Source of the DNA: Vicugna vicugna
Taxonomy: Eukaryota
Length of the DNA: 64,000 nucleotides
Assembly: GCA_013265495.1 (NCBI GenBank)
Contig: MU058065.1
Location: forward strand, 8,535,819 to 8,599,818
Direction of reading: 5' to 3'
Below are positions 11,205-23,659 of this stretch, in pieces. Made by a program: the position numbers and the translations under genes. The notes under the pieces are model-generated. The model did no database searches. It had not been told where the DNA came from and saw nothing but the letters and a program-made list of their open reading frames with translations. Every line of letters starts with the position of its first letter. Position 1 is the first letter of the stretch.

Positions 11205-13233
11205 TGTCTATCTTCTGTAACTGTACAGGTTACCACTAGCCCCATTCATATTTAACCTCACCAGGCACTTGGCTCAAAGAGGTGTCACCTTGTGGTTAAT
11301 CATGGATCACCTACCTGTCTGAGCAGTGCCTTCCTGGGATTCCAAGACCTGACTGTGAAGCTTCAACTTGAGCTGTAATTTCCTCTCTTAGCATTCCATC
11401 TGCTCTCCTGTTTACAAGGATTTCACTTCACCCAAGTAGTTGTCCGTCGAAAAAAGACCAACTAGCAGAAAGATTTGAAGCCATATTCCAAAGAATCTGT
11501 TAGATCAAAAGCTGGTGATTTATCCAGCTCTTGTTTTGAGACAGTTATCTAAAGGGAGATTTCAGTCTCTAGTTATCTACAGGGAGACTTTGAGTCTTGT
11601 CTTGTGGACAGTGCTATTTATGATTTGTATGATTTGTGTGCTGACCAAGGCCCTCTCCTGGTTAGTGTCCACTTTCCCCTAGCTGTGCCCACATGAAATG
11701 AGAGGCACACAGGCACTCTGCCCTAGTGGGAGTCAGATTGTGGGGACCCTCCCCGTCCTGATGCTGTCAGCATCAGCACCGCATTCCTATGCATCTCCTC
11801 TGCCCTCCCGTCTAGCTCCATCTGCAGCCACCAAACTTGCTCTCCTTGAGTTTGTAGGTTTTCTAATAGGAAACACCTTGAAAACTCTTCCAGTTGAGGC
11901 CACTTTGCTGAGGTTACTAACAGCCTTTCTACTTGCTGCTTCCTTGCGTCCTGTCCCCTTGCTTATTTTGCCTTTTTCTGTCCGTTCCTGCAGAGCTCTT
12001 AGTCTTAGAGACTTTCTCCTTCCACGAGTTATTGATTTTTAGAGTCTGAATGGGGTGCCAACTGCTTGGGCTTGAATCCCAGCTCCTAACACTTAACTTG
12101 CTTTTGGGACGGCTTTGAGACAGTTGAAGAATTTGAATGTGGATTGGGTATTAGTAAATCATGTCAAATGGTCATTTTGTTAGATGTGATAATGGCATGG
12201 CAGTTACATTTTGGAAAAAAATGCCCTTACTCAGTTGATATTTGAGATTTGCTTTAAAATACTACAATTTAGAAAAAAAAAAACAATAGGGGGTGGGGAG
12301 CAGGTGAAATGACATTGGAAGCATGGTAATAATTGTGTAAGCAGAGTAACAGGTACCTTATACATTATATGGCTAATTCTTCTATTCTCTGTACCTCTGG
12401 ATAAGTTTAGAAATCCCCCAAATAAAAAAAAAGTTTTTAATTATCTCTGTAATTACTTGGATAGAGGGTAACATTGGGGAGAGTTGGTTGATTATGAATA
12501 AATGTTGTTTGGGGGAAATCGGAGAGAGTTTGTACTGGACCTCCAGTGGTTTATGGGAGTACATTGGTGTGGCAGAGGAAGGAGAAGATGAGGTTCCAAA
12601 CAGAATATGTGTTTAATGGTACAAAGCTATTGCTATTGCCTCACTGAATTCTGACCTGCAGGCACTGGACAGAACTCATGTGCTCCAGGCCAGCTTCCCA
12701 CACTGGCTTAGTCAGCATTACCAATTAGCTCTAGCACCAGCCAGTTGCAAGAACTGGACTGTAGTCCAAATATTCTAATAGCATCAATGTACCTGAGTGC
12801 ATATGTTTGAATGGGGAAATGATATCCAATTGGCAAATGTGGAAAAACTCAAACAAATCAACAAAGTAAAAACAATATTCCTCATTTCTCTTGCATAGTT
12901 TGGACCATTAAGCTTCTGTCTTCATCTATCCTGACTGAATCTCAGATGTATTTAGAATTTGTAGTTCTAAGTACGACAACAGAATCACCTTTTTTCAAAT
13001 GCTAATAATTATCAGGGACTTAAGTAGCAAGGACTTTTTAAAAAAAAAAAGTCGTTTCTATCAGGGATTTAGAGTAGATGTAAGTCAGAATTCCTTACCC
13101 TGTAATTTTAACCTTCTGAAGTAGAAGCTGTATACCAAAGCTTATTAAACTTTCTATTATTAAACTTGTTAAACAGAACATAGTTTTGGATCTATTCAGT
13201 GTCTACTTAACTACGATGCTTGATTTTAATTCA

Positions 13234-13353
13234 TTTTTTTGCGGGGGGAAGACAATTCGGTTTATTTATTTATTTTAGTGGAGATACTGGGGATTGAACC
13301 CAGGACTTTGGGCATGCTAAGCATGCACTCTACCACTGAGCTATATACCTCCA
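13234..13353 (-). mobile_element. Vic-1-like SINE
   Basis: gatactggggattgaacccaggac...gcatgcactctaccactgagctata. Confidence 0.9.
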
Positions 13354-13544
13354 CCTCCAGGATACTGGGTTTTAAATACAAATAGTTTTACCTGACTTGT
13401 TTTGTGTAATCTAAATTTACTCTGAGGACAGAGAAACAACATTTCAATCATATCCAGTTACTCAAAAGTGAAGCCTCCTACAGTAGAGAGTTAATTTTAA
13501 TATTAATATAACAGGCTGCTTCCAGAGGTTTGGTTTTTTTTTCA

Positions 13545-13880
13545 AATTCATTTTAAAAAGTGGAGATGAAATTGACATAAAATCAACCATGTTTAAATGA
13601 AAGATTCAGTGGCATTTAGTATGTTCACAGTGCTGTGTAACCACCACCTCTGTCCAGTTCCAAAATATTCCCAAAGGGAAACTCCATGTTTATTAAGCAG
13701 TTGCTCCCCATATCCCCTCCCTGAAGCCCTGGAACAACCAGACAGGGTACTGTCTGTACGGATTTACCTATTCTGAGTATGTCATGTAAATTGAATCGTA
13801 TAGTAGGTGACCTTGTGTGTCTGGCTTTTTTCACTTCCCGTAGTGTTTTTGAGGTTCATCCAAATTGTAGCATGTATTTT
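13545..13880 (-). mobile_element. Old L1M 3' UTR fragment
   Basis: ttcagtggcatttagtatgttcacagtgctgtgtaaccaccacc...gaggttcatccaaattgtagcatgt. Confidence 0.8.
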
Positions 13881-14149
13881 TGATCAATTTAATGGAGGTG
13901 GGATTGCCTCCGCCAGTAAGCAAAATTCTCTGAACCTTATTTCCAGCATGTTCCCTCCTAAGAGCAGAAGGCTTTTGTGATAATGCCCTGAAGACTTCAT
14001 GTATTTTACCACAATAAAATGAAGGAAGAAAAATAAAGATCTGCCTATCTTAGTTTGAAGTAATCTGATAAAAAGAATTCCTGGCATTTCCAGAGGAAGG
14101 ACATTCTGAGCCTGTGGAACATCCCACAGGGATGGCTTTAGGTCTAGGG

Positions 14150-14532
14150 GTTGCCAGGCCATGGATGCTATGACGTGCCACGCAGATTCTCCCTCAGGAA
14201 GAGAGGAGTTACTGGGTCAGCCACTGGAAGTGCTGTGGGCAGATGGCCCTCAGCTGTCAGCCCCCTGCCAGGACAACCTCAGCTGAAGAGAGCTCCCTTG
14301 TGCAAGTTTATGTTGCCTTTCCAAGTGGCCCTCATCCCAGGGCTGACTTTCATGGGGGGTAGAAAGGGTTAGCCCTCTCATACTGACCCAGAACAGCTTA
14401 GCCACGAATCCCCATAGGACTGACTCCCATTTCTTCCCTTCCCTTCCATAGGAGTTAATTCTGTGGGTGCTCCCCACTAGACTTCCTGCAAGCTCACTCC
14501 CATGTCAGAGTCTGCTTCCCTAGACACCTAAT
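14150..14532 (+). mobile_element. ERVL-class solo LTR (LTR16-like)
   Basis: ggccatggatg...cagattctccctcagg...cagagtctgcttccctagacacctaa resembles the recalled LTR16 group. Confidence 0.55.
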
Positions 14533-15015
14533 GCTGGGTGCCAGATTTCTTGCATGGTCACAGGAGGTGTTCCAGTGGAGGAATGAAGGCCTGCACCTCC
14601 TCTAAGCTGAGAAGCTTTGCTCTTTTGCTACTAGAGACTTGCTAATGGTTCTAGAGGTCTTCTGTCCAAGTTTAAAATTTTTTCCTCTCAAAGTCTTTAA
14701 AGTGAACTCTCTTCTGGGGATGGGAGTGATGGGGAGCAATTAAGGATTCTGCCTTTATTTGTTCAGTCTTACTTTCCTACAGAAATTATTCTCCTGTCTG
14801 GCCAAGATGTGCCTTTTGAGGGTTCTGTCACCTTTTCAAGGGCATCAGTGGTGCCGGGAATCATAAAGGGAATTTACTCCAATTTGGAGTTAAATTGTTA
14901 TACCAGGTCTTCATCTTTATAACACATTTTCTAGATACAGGAAACCATCCATGTTTAATACAAACTGGCCAAGGATGGGTCTCCCTTGGACTGAGGAGCC
15001 CTCGTGATCAGTCAG

Positions 15016-15685
15016 TGTTACAGGAAAAATTAATGTGGGGCGAGAGGAGGGCCGTGTCCCAGGTCTCGGTTGAGTCCCTGGCACGTGCCCCGCCGTGTGT
15101 GGGTCCTTGGCTTTGTGCAGCAAAGAATTCAAGGGCGAGCCACAATTGAGTAAAGGTAGATTTGTTCGGAGAGATACATGCTCCATAGCATGTAGGCTGT
15201 TTCAGAAGGCAAGAGAAAGGCCGGGAGCTGGGGGGTTGGGTGCTCAGGTTAAAGCAGAAGTAGATACGCACTCCATAGACAGAGTGCGGGCCGTCTCTGA
15301 AGATGAGGGAGCGAGAGGCCATGAGACGCAGTGTTGCTAGTTTTTATGGGCTCAGTCGCTTCATGTGCTAACAAGTGGGAGGATTATTAGGATTATTCCA
15401 ACTACTCTTTGGGGAGGGGGCTGGGATTCCTAGGAATTGGGCCACTGCCCACTCTTTGACCTTTTATGGTTAGCCTCGAAGCTGTCATGGTGCCTGTGGG
15501 AGTGTCACTTACCATGTTAACATATTACAATGGGCGTATAATGAAGCTCAAGGTCTACTGGATGTCAAATCTCCTGCCATCTTTAGCCTCAAGGCCTCCT
15601 GAGAGTTGAATCTTCCACCATTTTGGTGTTAATTGCTGTGTCATTCCTTGAATGGCTGTGCCCTGCCCCCTTCCTTCCTGTCTCA
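15016..15685 (-). mobile_element. ERV1-class solo LTR
   Basis: tgttacagg...ttcctgtctca termini; gggtccttggctttgtgcagcaaagaattcaagggcgagcc typical of reversed ERV1 LTRs; internal duplication of agatac..ctccatag; no clear TSD. Confidence 0.75.
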
Positions 15686-16830
15686 AAAGTAGCCTATGGA
15701 CAAAAAACAGGATACCTCATCTTAATGGGGTACAGGAAAGATGTGAGCGATCAGGAGGGTGGCTCCATGTAAAATCCCTACCCATAGTGACGGAGGCCTT
15801 TCTAAACTGAAAATAGCTAAGACCCTTAGCTGGAGAGAAGGCCCTTGGGAATTCAGCAAGGGAAGGGAGGCTGGAGCTTACAGACTTAAATAGCAGACTT
15901 CCCAGTCATAGGAAGGGACCCTGATAGCATATGCTTAAAGGGCCTCCACTTTGGCCAAGTGGAACTTTAAGCATCAGTTTGTTGAGAGTTTGACTTTCCC
16001 CATCTACTTACTGGCAGGTGGTGCTGTCCTGTGATGGAGGTGCTGACGACCACCTTCCTTCAGATACAACTCACTGCTAATGCTCTCGGGTATCAGTCTG
16101 TCTCCCAGCTGCTTCCTCTTCTCTGTTCTGGCTTCTCCCCATTCCCTGCTCCTCACGCTCACACTCTGCCTCCATCGCCACGCAGAACAATGCAGTTCTC
16201 TTTTTCTCCCTCCTCTTATCACTTATCTGAGGGAATTTTTACACAGCCAAAATGGCCTGTCCACGCATTTCACCAAAGACCGTTCTTTCCCTTGGGAATT
16301 GCTCCCCGACCTTTGAACTTACGCCATCAAGCTGTTTCCAAGATAGATTTATTGAAGTAGATAAAAAACACAATAAATCAAGCAATAAATAATAAAGTTT
16401 AAAACAAACCAAAAAAGCTTCTGTTTAAATCATCTATTTAAATTACTTCTTTTATATATAAGAAATATATGTAATGGTCTATGCACTTTTCCGTGTTTTT
16501 CAGGCTAATAAATCAAGTAGCAATACTTAATAAGATCAAACGAAAGACAATAATTAGTGCTGTTTAGGCCATCCTAACCAAGAGAAGGGAGGATTTACTG
16601 CTCAATTTCGCAGGGCCCCGACAAGTGTGAAGTTGAGCGTAGAGCCAGTTTAAACGTCTGATTTGAATATTGCAGTGGCCCTTTAAGATTGAAGCCTGCA
16701 CGGGCGTTGTAGCTGCAGCCACTTTCCCTCTGTGGAGTGAAAGGAAGCTTTCTAACCTATTCCAGAGCCTTAGCCCCATCTCCTAAGAGATCTTCTATTT
16801 TATAACTTCATACAGTTCATTTACAACGGA

Positions 16831-16849
16831 TGTCCACGAGGTGGCAGCA
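16831..16849 (+). promoter_or_regulatory. CTCF-type motif TGTCCACGAGGTGGCAGCA
   Basis: Fits the CCASNAGRKGGCRS core; lies outside recognisable repeats between PECR and MREG. Confidence 0.6.
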
Positions 16850-17420
16850 CAGAGAATCACAGGAGCGTTTCTATGTAATTTTATGGGGAGATTTACTTTG
16901 TCCTTCTACTTGTGTAGAACGTGCATGAAAAAGTTGCAGGGTTCTGGGCTGTTTATGTAACCCTGTGAGTGTTTTGGAGGAAGAAATAATATAAATGAAT
17001 GGAACACTGAAAACCCATTGGCATAAATTTGGTTGTCTATTAACATTCAGACTGATAGAAGCTGAGCTTAAGTGGGGGCAAAACTTTGGGAGCCTTTCAT
17101 AGCAAATATGAATGGTGGTCATGTTTTCTCCATTATTATAGTTTTTATGCATATCTTCTATTTTATAATTTTGAGTCATCTTGGGTATAGCAGGTTCTTA
17201 ATAACTGTTTATTAAGGTGAATTTAATTGGATTAAGAACAAATGTGGAGTGACTTATGCATCCAGGTTTATGTTTAATGTTAGGTATAATATGGGAGACT
17301 TTGGAGAGTGTGGAATACTTGGGATTGTAGGGAGGGTGATTCTCCAGAGGTGGGGAATGTCAGATCCCAGATCATGTCTGAGGACGTGAGAACTGAGGCT
17401 ATTCCGGGCATCTGAAAAGT

Positions 17421-17650
17421 GTTATAGCAGGAGAGTTGGCTATGACAGTAGGGTTAATAGAGGAATATAGTGAGATGTAGGAATACAGTTACAATGGGAA
17501 CATTGTTAGATGGAGCAGGGTAGTTAGCTACGGGAGTATGGTTAGTTAGGTATGGCGGGTAGTTAGCTATTAGCTGTGGGAATATAGTTAGGTATGGCAG
17601 GATAGTTAGCTACGGGAATATAGATATGGCAGGATCATTAAATGTGGGAA
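17421..17650. repeat. Degenerate minisatellite, about 17-18 bp subunits forming about 36-bp units
   Basis: Variants of tagttagctacgggaatatagttaggtatggcagga start at 17521, 17560 and 17603; weaker units upstream. Confidence 0.75.
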
Positions 17651-18094
17651 AGTCGGGGGTGAGATAAGAAAGGGATGTTGCAGGAATCAAAATGACGGGT
17701 AAATTGGGATACAGATGTACTTTACAGTTTCATACATTTTCAGCTTTTGCTATGGGTAGTGCTCTGAGGATTAATACTGCTTATTTTTCATCTTCGATCC
17801 CACAAGAGGTTGAGCACAGTGTCATGTGTATCAAGTTATCACAGTAAGTATTTGTTAAATTGTATAGTTTGCTGTGTATGTGGTGGGGCAGACGCTGAAT
17901 AAAGTACGTGCGCTTTACTGACAACAGTGATCAGAGCTAGCATTTACAGGGCGCCTCCTATTTTCCATGACACTGGACTAAAAGCTTTATCTGTATTATC
18001 TCACCTAATCCTGGCTGCAACCACAGGGGTGCGCTGTGATGCCAGCCAGAGCCCCTGCTCTTACTGCCTTGTCAATGGTTCTTAGATGTGGTTT

Positions 18095-18464
18095 GTGTGT
18101 AATTCGCTGGGGCCGCCATAACAAATGCCACACACCGGGTGGCTTAAGCAGCAGAAATGTATTTTCTCACAGTTCTGGGAGCTGGAAGTCTGAGATCAAG
18201 GTGTCAGCAGGGTTGATCTCTTTCTGAGGCCACTCTCCTTGGCTCGTCGATGGCCGTCTTCTCCCTTGGTCTTCACCTGCTCTTCTGTCCATGTCTGCAT
18301 CCTAATCTCCTCTTCTTATAAAACCAGTCATGTTGGATTAATGCCCTTACTTAAACTTAATTACCTCTTTATAGGCCCTCTCTTCAAACAGCCATATTCT
18401 GAGGTACTAGAGGTTAAGGACTTCAACAGAGGAATTTTGGAAGGGACACTGTTCAGTCTGTAAC
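18095..18464 (-). mobile_element. MaLR LTR (MLT1A/B-like)
   Basis: gccgccataacaaatgccacacaccgggtggcttaa...ttctcacagttctgggagctggaagtctgagatcaaggtgtcagcaggg...ttcagtctgtaaca. Confidence 0.85.
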
Positions 18465-18495
18465 AGTGTGCTTCGAAATTCCCAAGCCTTGAGAG

Positions 18496-18974
18496 CAGGG
18501 CCAGGACTAGGGTGAGGGAAGTGAGGGGACTAGGGCACAACATTTAAGGACTCAGTTGCTCTCAGGGTTGCACAGGTGGAGGGTCTGCCCCCAGAGCGAT
18601 CTCCGCCTTAACAGCTGCACCCCGAGCACCTCCTTAGCCTCACCCTTGTCCCAGCCCTGCTTGGCAGCCTGATAAAATGGCAAATTCTGGGCCCCCACCC
18701 CAGAGCTTACAATTCAAGTAGGGCCTGGGAATCTGAAGTTTCAGTAAGCATTCCTAGGGATTCTAACACAGATGTTTAAGGTCACCCTTTTCAGAAACTC
18801 TGCCTGTGCCAGGAGCCTCATGTGAGAGTCCCTTTATGTCCAGTGAAGTCATCTCTCTCTTTCTCTTTGGTTTTGGGATTAGATGTTGCTGAAGCCATCA
18901 GTTACCTACCTGAATTTTTAGGGGCTACAGTGGGATTCTGAAGTCCCTCTGGTAGAAAGCTCCTGTAGTCTGAG
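18496..18974 (+). repeat. Copy 2 of the local duplication
   Basis: Direct repeat of 3646-4136; the 63-nt block catcagttacc...ctggtagaaa has one mismatch. Confidence 0.92.
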
Positions 18975-19461
18975 TTTCGGGCGCCAGACATGACAGATCC
19001 ATGGACTGGATCTTCTTTGTGGAGTCCTTTCTGACCATTCCAGATGGCAGAATCTCTGTGGACACACACAACCGTGTTTGGACCAGTGCATCGGCAGCTA
19101 CCGTTACTGAGTGTAGTAGACGTATGTTGGTTTTGCCTCGTGAGCATCCATTCCCTTTTTTGTGGCTCCATTTGATTTTCATTAGGAAACTCTCCCATTC
19201 TTAGTCCAACTGGCTTGCTTTTCCTATCTCCTTCACTTGAGCACTGCAGGGGTGCCCATGACACTCCATAGGTGTATTCCTCCCTCTGAAAGAGTAGTTG
19301 GTTCCATTTCAGGCCAATTAAAGTCGGGCCCAGGCCTGTTGATCAACTGGGAAGGAGCTGTTCTCTTTCTGTTCATATTATCAGCAAGAAGAATGGTAAA
19401 ATCCAGGGCGACTAGAGGCCGCAGAGTGTCACCAACTCAAAGCCCAGAGAGGAAGTAAGAG

Positions 19462-19826
19462 TGTCTTGTCTGTTCAGGCTGCTGTAACAGAAATCCTATA
19501 GACTTGGTGGCTTATAAACAACAGAAATTATTTCTCACAGTTTTAGAGGTTGGGAAATCCAAGATGAAGGCATTGGTAGATTCAGTGTCTGTTAAGGGAA
19601 CTGCTTCCTGGTTCATACACAGCTATCTTCTCACTGTGTCCCCACATGACAGGAGGGGTGAAGGAGCTCTCTGGAGTCTATTTTATAAGGGCACTAATCA
19701 TATTCATGAGGGCTTCATCCTCATGACTGTCACCCCTCAAAGGCCTCACCTTCAGATTCCATCACATGGGGGATTAGGTTTAAACATATGAATCTGGGGG
19801 AGATGCAAACATTCCATCTCTAGTAG
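19462..19826 (-). mobile_element. MaLR LTR (MLT1A0-like)
   Basis: tgtcttgtctgttcaggctgctgtaacaga...tggcttataaacaacagaaattatttctcacag...gcaaacattc. Confidence 0.85.
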
Positions 19827-22800
19827 AGACCAATGCTTATGTTATCTTTTGAGCACCTGGATCCAGTTATGTGTAAAGCTAGCATCACCTCTTGAATTTT
19901 CCAGTTACTTAAGCCAGTAGATTTCCTTTTATGCTTAAACTAGTCTGAGTGATGTTTTGTCATTCACAGTTAGTTGCTGATTAATACCCAGAGGATAAAG
20001 GTCACAAAAATCTAGACAAAAAAGGTGTTATACAGGACTGACCCCCAGCAGGGTTGGATGCCTTCATGTTGGAATTATAAGAATCAAGTTTTCTTGAAGC
20101 ACCTTTCCATATGCTTTATACATCTTCTAGCTTACTTTATGTGTTTTTATTCTCTCCAAGGGTATCCCTTTAAAAGGTTAGACTTACTCCTAAGTAAGAA
20201 ATTCTTTAGAAAAGACTCTGCTAAATTTTGAGGACAGCCAAGATGCTTGTTCCTTGAAACTGAAGAAGGAACAAAGACTGATTATTAAGGTTGTCTCAGA
20301 GTATGCACTTGGGAGGAAGTAAGGAAGTGAAATTAACCAGTAAACTACACCAAATAAAAGTAGTTTGAAAATTTAGAAAGTATTTTGCATTATGGGAAAC
20401 CACAGAGTGATGTAACTGAAGGATTCTCAGATGGCAGATAATATCTATTTCTCTTTGGAGAGAAGCCAAGCAGAGAAATAGATAGATAAACAAACAAACA
20501 AACAAACAAATAAATAAATAAATCTCACCTGACTCAAACTGGGTTGTTGTGCTTGGCTTGAAAGAGAACGCTTCTCTCATAATTCTCTCTCTCCTGTCAC
20601 AATTACCCTTTTCTTGCCTCTTCACATCCCGCAGTAGGACTGTATGGATTTAGTTCTGAAAGGGATAGAATCTGACCTTTGTTAACTTAAGGGAAAAAAA
20701 AAGAAAAGAAAAAACTGTTTTAATCAACAAGTAATGGAGTGACCCACAGAATGACAGGAAAACCAGAACAACTACACTTTGGAAAATACAGGAACAGGAA
20801 AGCTCCAGGTATAAAAATGGCAAATGCTGTTGGACCTCGTCTTCCAGATGCTGTCCCCAAATTAATTCATGTCTCAACTCCAGCCATTGTCCATCTTTGG
20901 GTCCTTGCCCTTAAGATGCAAATTTCAGGAAGAGTGTCTATTTGGCCCATGTTGGTCACATGCCCATCCCTCGTTGGATGTCAGGGTTGAGGGATGGGGG
21001 GAGTACCTTCACTGTCTGACTGTCTGCCCAAATCATGGAATTGGAGAGGGGTGTTCTTCAAAGGAAAACAAAGAGCTGTTACCAAAAGGAGGGATGAGGC
21101 ATGCTGCACAGACAGAAACAAGAGATCCGACAGGAACCCTTGGTTGGCTTTTATCTTGGTGACACCCCATCCACTCCCTAGTGGGACTTTTCTGGATATA
21201 GGAGGCATGTGGGCAGTCCATCTTGGGATCCTTGGGAGAGTGATGATGCTGAACTTGGCTCAGGGTATTGGTTTGCTTTGTCTTTTTTGTCTGTAAGGAA
21301 GACAATGCGTTTTAACTCTCTACTGGACTTGGGAAAAAGTAATAGACTCTTCAGGAATTGGCATGAAGCAAACTCCATGTTCATTGGCTCTTTTTCTGTT
21401 TTCATACACATGTTTATTCAACATTTTCATTAGATGTCTATCACGTGGCTACACTGTTCTGGAAGTTGTGATATAGCATATCTTTCATTTATTACATCCC
21501 TCTGATGAGTCTGTACTATTTCAGATGTTGGAATATTGCAAAGAATTACACAGTGCCCATCTTCACGAATGGAACCCACCTTCTAGTTCACCTACTGAAT
21601 CTCACCCATGGTATCCTCAGTACCGGGCTCTATAAATATTTCTTGAATGAATAATTGACTGACACCAGCTTGTGCTATATTGCTGCAAGCGTAGCATTTC
21701 TGTGGAGTGTACTAACGACATGGTGTTGGAACTTAAGTATTCTGATTTTCTCGTTTTTCCTGCCCTGCTAGCATGTGCCTTTTCCTCCAACTCTCCGAAG
21801 TCATCAGTAAATTCTTAAAGAAGAAGGACTTCCAGCTATACTGCTTGTTTTCAAAGCAAACTCTAGAGTTTTCCCTGCCATGGAGAAATACAGGCTGGCT
21901 TGTAAACAAGCAGCTGATGGGGCTGTGAGTCACCAGGTGCCCCAGGGGACTGCCCACTCCCCTGACATCTGGTGCCCAAGGGCTCTTGGTAAATGTCAGA
22001 TGTTGCTGCCAGTGGTGGGCGGTGCTGGCATCAATGCAGGCGGTAGAAACAATCTAGCATCACTCTGAAAACAAAAAGGAAGGCTTGCTGCTGTCCTGAG
22101 GATGAAATCTGAAACAGGAAATGGTGCTGCCAAAATGTCTCCGCTACCTTCAGGCTGAAGCTGGAGGGTTTGGTAGCATTGTCATTTCTCAAGTTACCAA
22201 AAAACAGGAAAGTCATGAAGGTATTTAACTTCTGGGGAGGTGAATACTTTGGAAACACAGATACAATAATAATCCTTAGAAAACTAATCAATAGAATACT
22301 CACGTCAGGTGAAAAAGAGTGAGGTATAATCCTGTGCACTAGTTAGGCTAGGTCTCCAAGACATATTATTACATGGAAAAAGCTTGCAGGTAGATGAATG
22401 CATACCTTTTATATTAAAACCAAACTCACTACCAAAAAATAACAACATATGCAATGATACTATATATACATCACAGGGTACATACATGTATGTGTATCCA
22501 GAAAATGTTGTAGTCTGCTAATCATAATAGCTACCCTGAGGATGCTAGAAAGGAGACAGGACTATGGACTGTGGTCCCTATTAGAGAGAACTTTAACTGT
22601 AATATTTCAACTTTTTAGAGGACTGTTTCATTTATAAGTTTTAACATGTAAAATTAATTTTAAAATATTCATAGTTGCTAGAGCAGGCAAACGCCACATG
22701 TGATCCTTAGCAAGGCAGAGCGTTAACCTCCTGATCAAGCTTGTTAAAGAGACATGGTTCTATGGCTTTCCAAACATATCCTGTCTGAAACCGACCACAT

Positions 22801-23659
22801 AAAAGATGTCCACACATTGCGGAGGTTCACATGTGAGAAGAAAGACTGTCATATGCAAGCCAAGTAGTACTGGAACTGACATTGGCTCAACAGGCCTATT
22901 CTCTTTGGATTTAGTCAATTGTGTTGAATTCTGCTACTCCTGTAATCAAAACAATCTCATTTGAGTCTCACTACTGTGTCTAGTAGGTAGGGTGAGACTC
23001 ATGATCTCCATTTCACAGATTAGAAAGTTGAGGTTTGGAAAAATTAAGTGACTTGTCTAAGATCAAGGTTAGTCAAGGGGCAGAGCCTACCTATATTTTC
23101 CAGGAGCTGAATACCTTCCCTGACTCCTCCATTTTCAACAATTACAGCTCCAATAGTTAACAGTAGCTGTCAAATCCTAGATTTCTTCTTCTAGCTGGCA
23201 GCCCCCTCTGCCCACTTCCTACTTGAACCTAGGTGAGTGGGTTCAAGTTCAAAAACCAATTTCAGGACACAGTGCATTCTACCAAGGGGATCGTCCAGCC
23301 AGCAGTGAGTTTGCCGTCAAGAACAACCCTCAGCCTCCATGCTGGCAGGGTTGTCAGTAACAAATGACATGGAGCTCAGCTTGACCCCACAGCCTTGTGC
23401 TGCCCAGTGAGAGCTGGTACCCTGTCCATCCTCTTAACTTTTCATGATGGGTCCAGATCCTGTCTCCCCAGCTAAGTCAGAGCCCTCAGGAAACTTCTCT
23501 CAACCTGCCTTAACCCTCAGTAGCCAGCCTTCCAATAAATATGCACTTGATAAGTTCCTTCAGCCTCATAATGTAGCCAGAAAAGGACACACTTAAATGG
23601 AGTAACACACTTTTAAAATGAAAACACTGCCCATGAGAATTGACACTTCTGAAAATAAA

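Noticed and set aside
17421..17650. About 36-bp periodic repeats as a CRISPR-like array
   Set aside because: No unique spacers, degenerate units and a eukaryotic context; it is a minisatellite.
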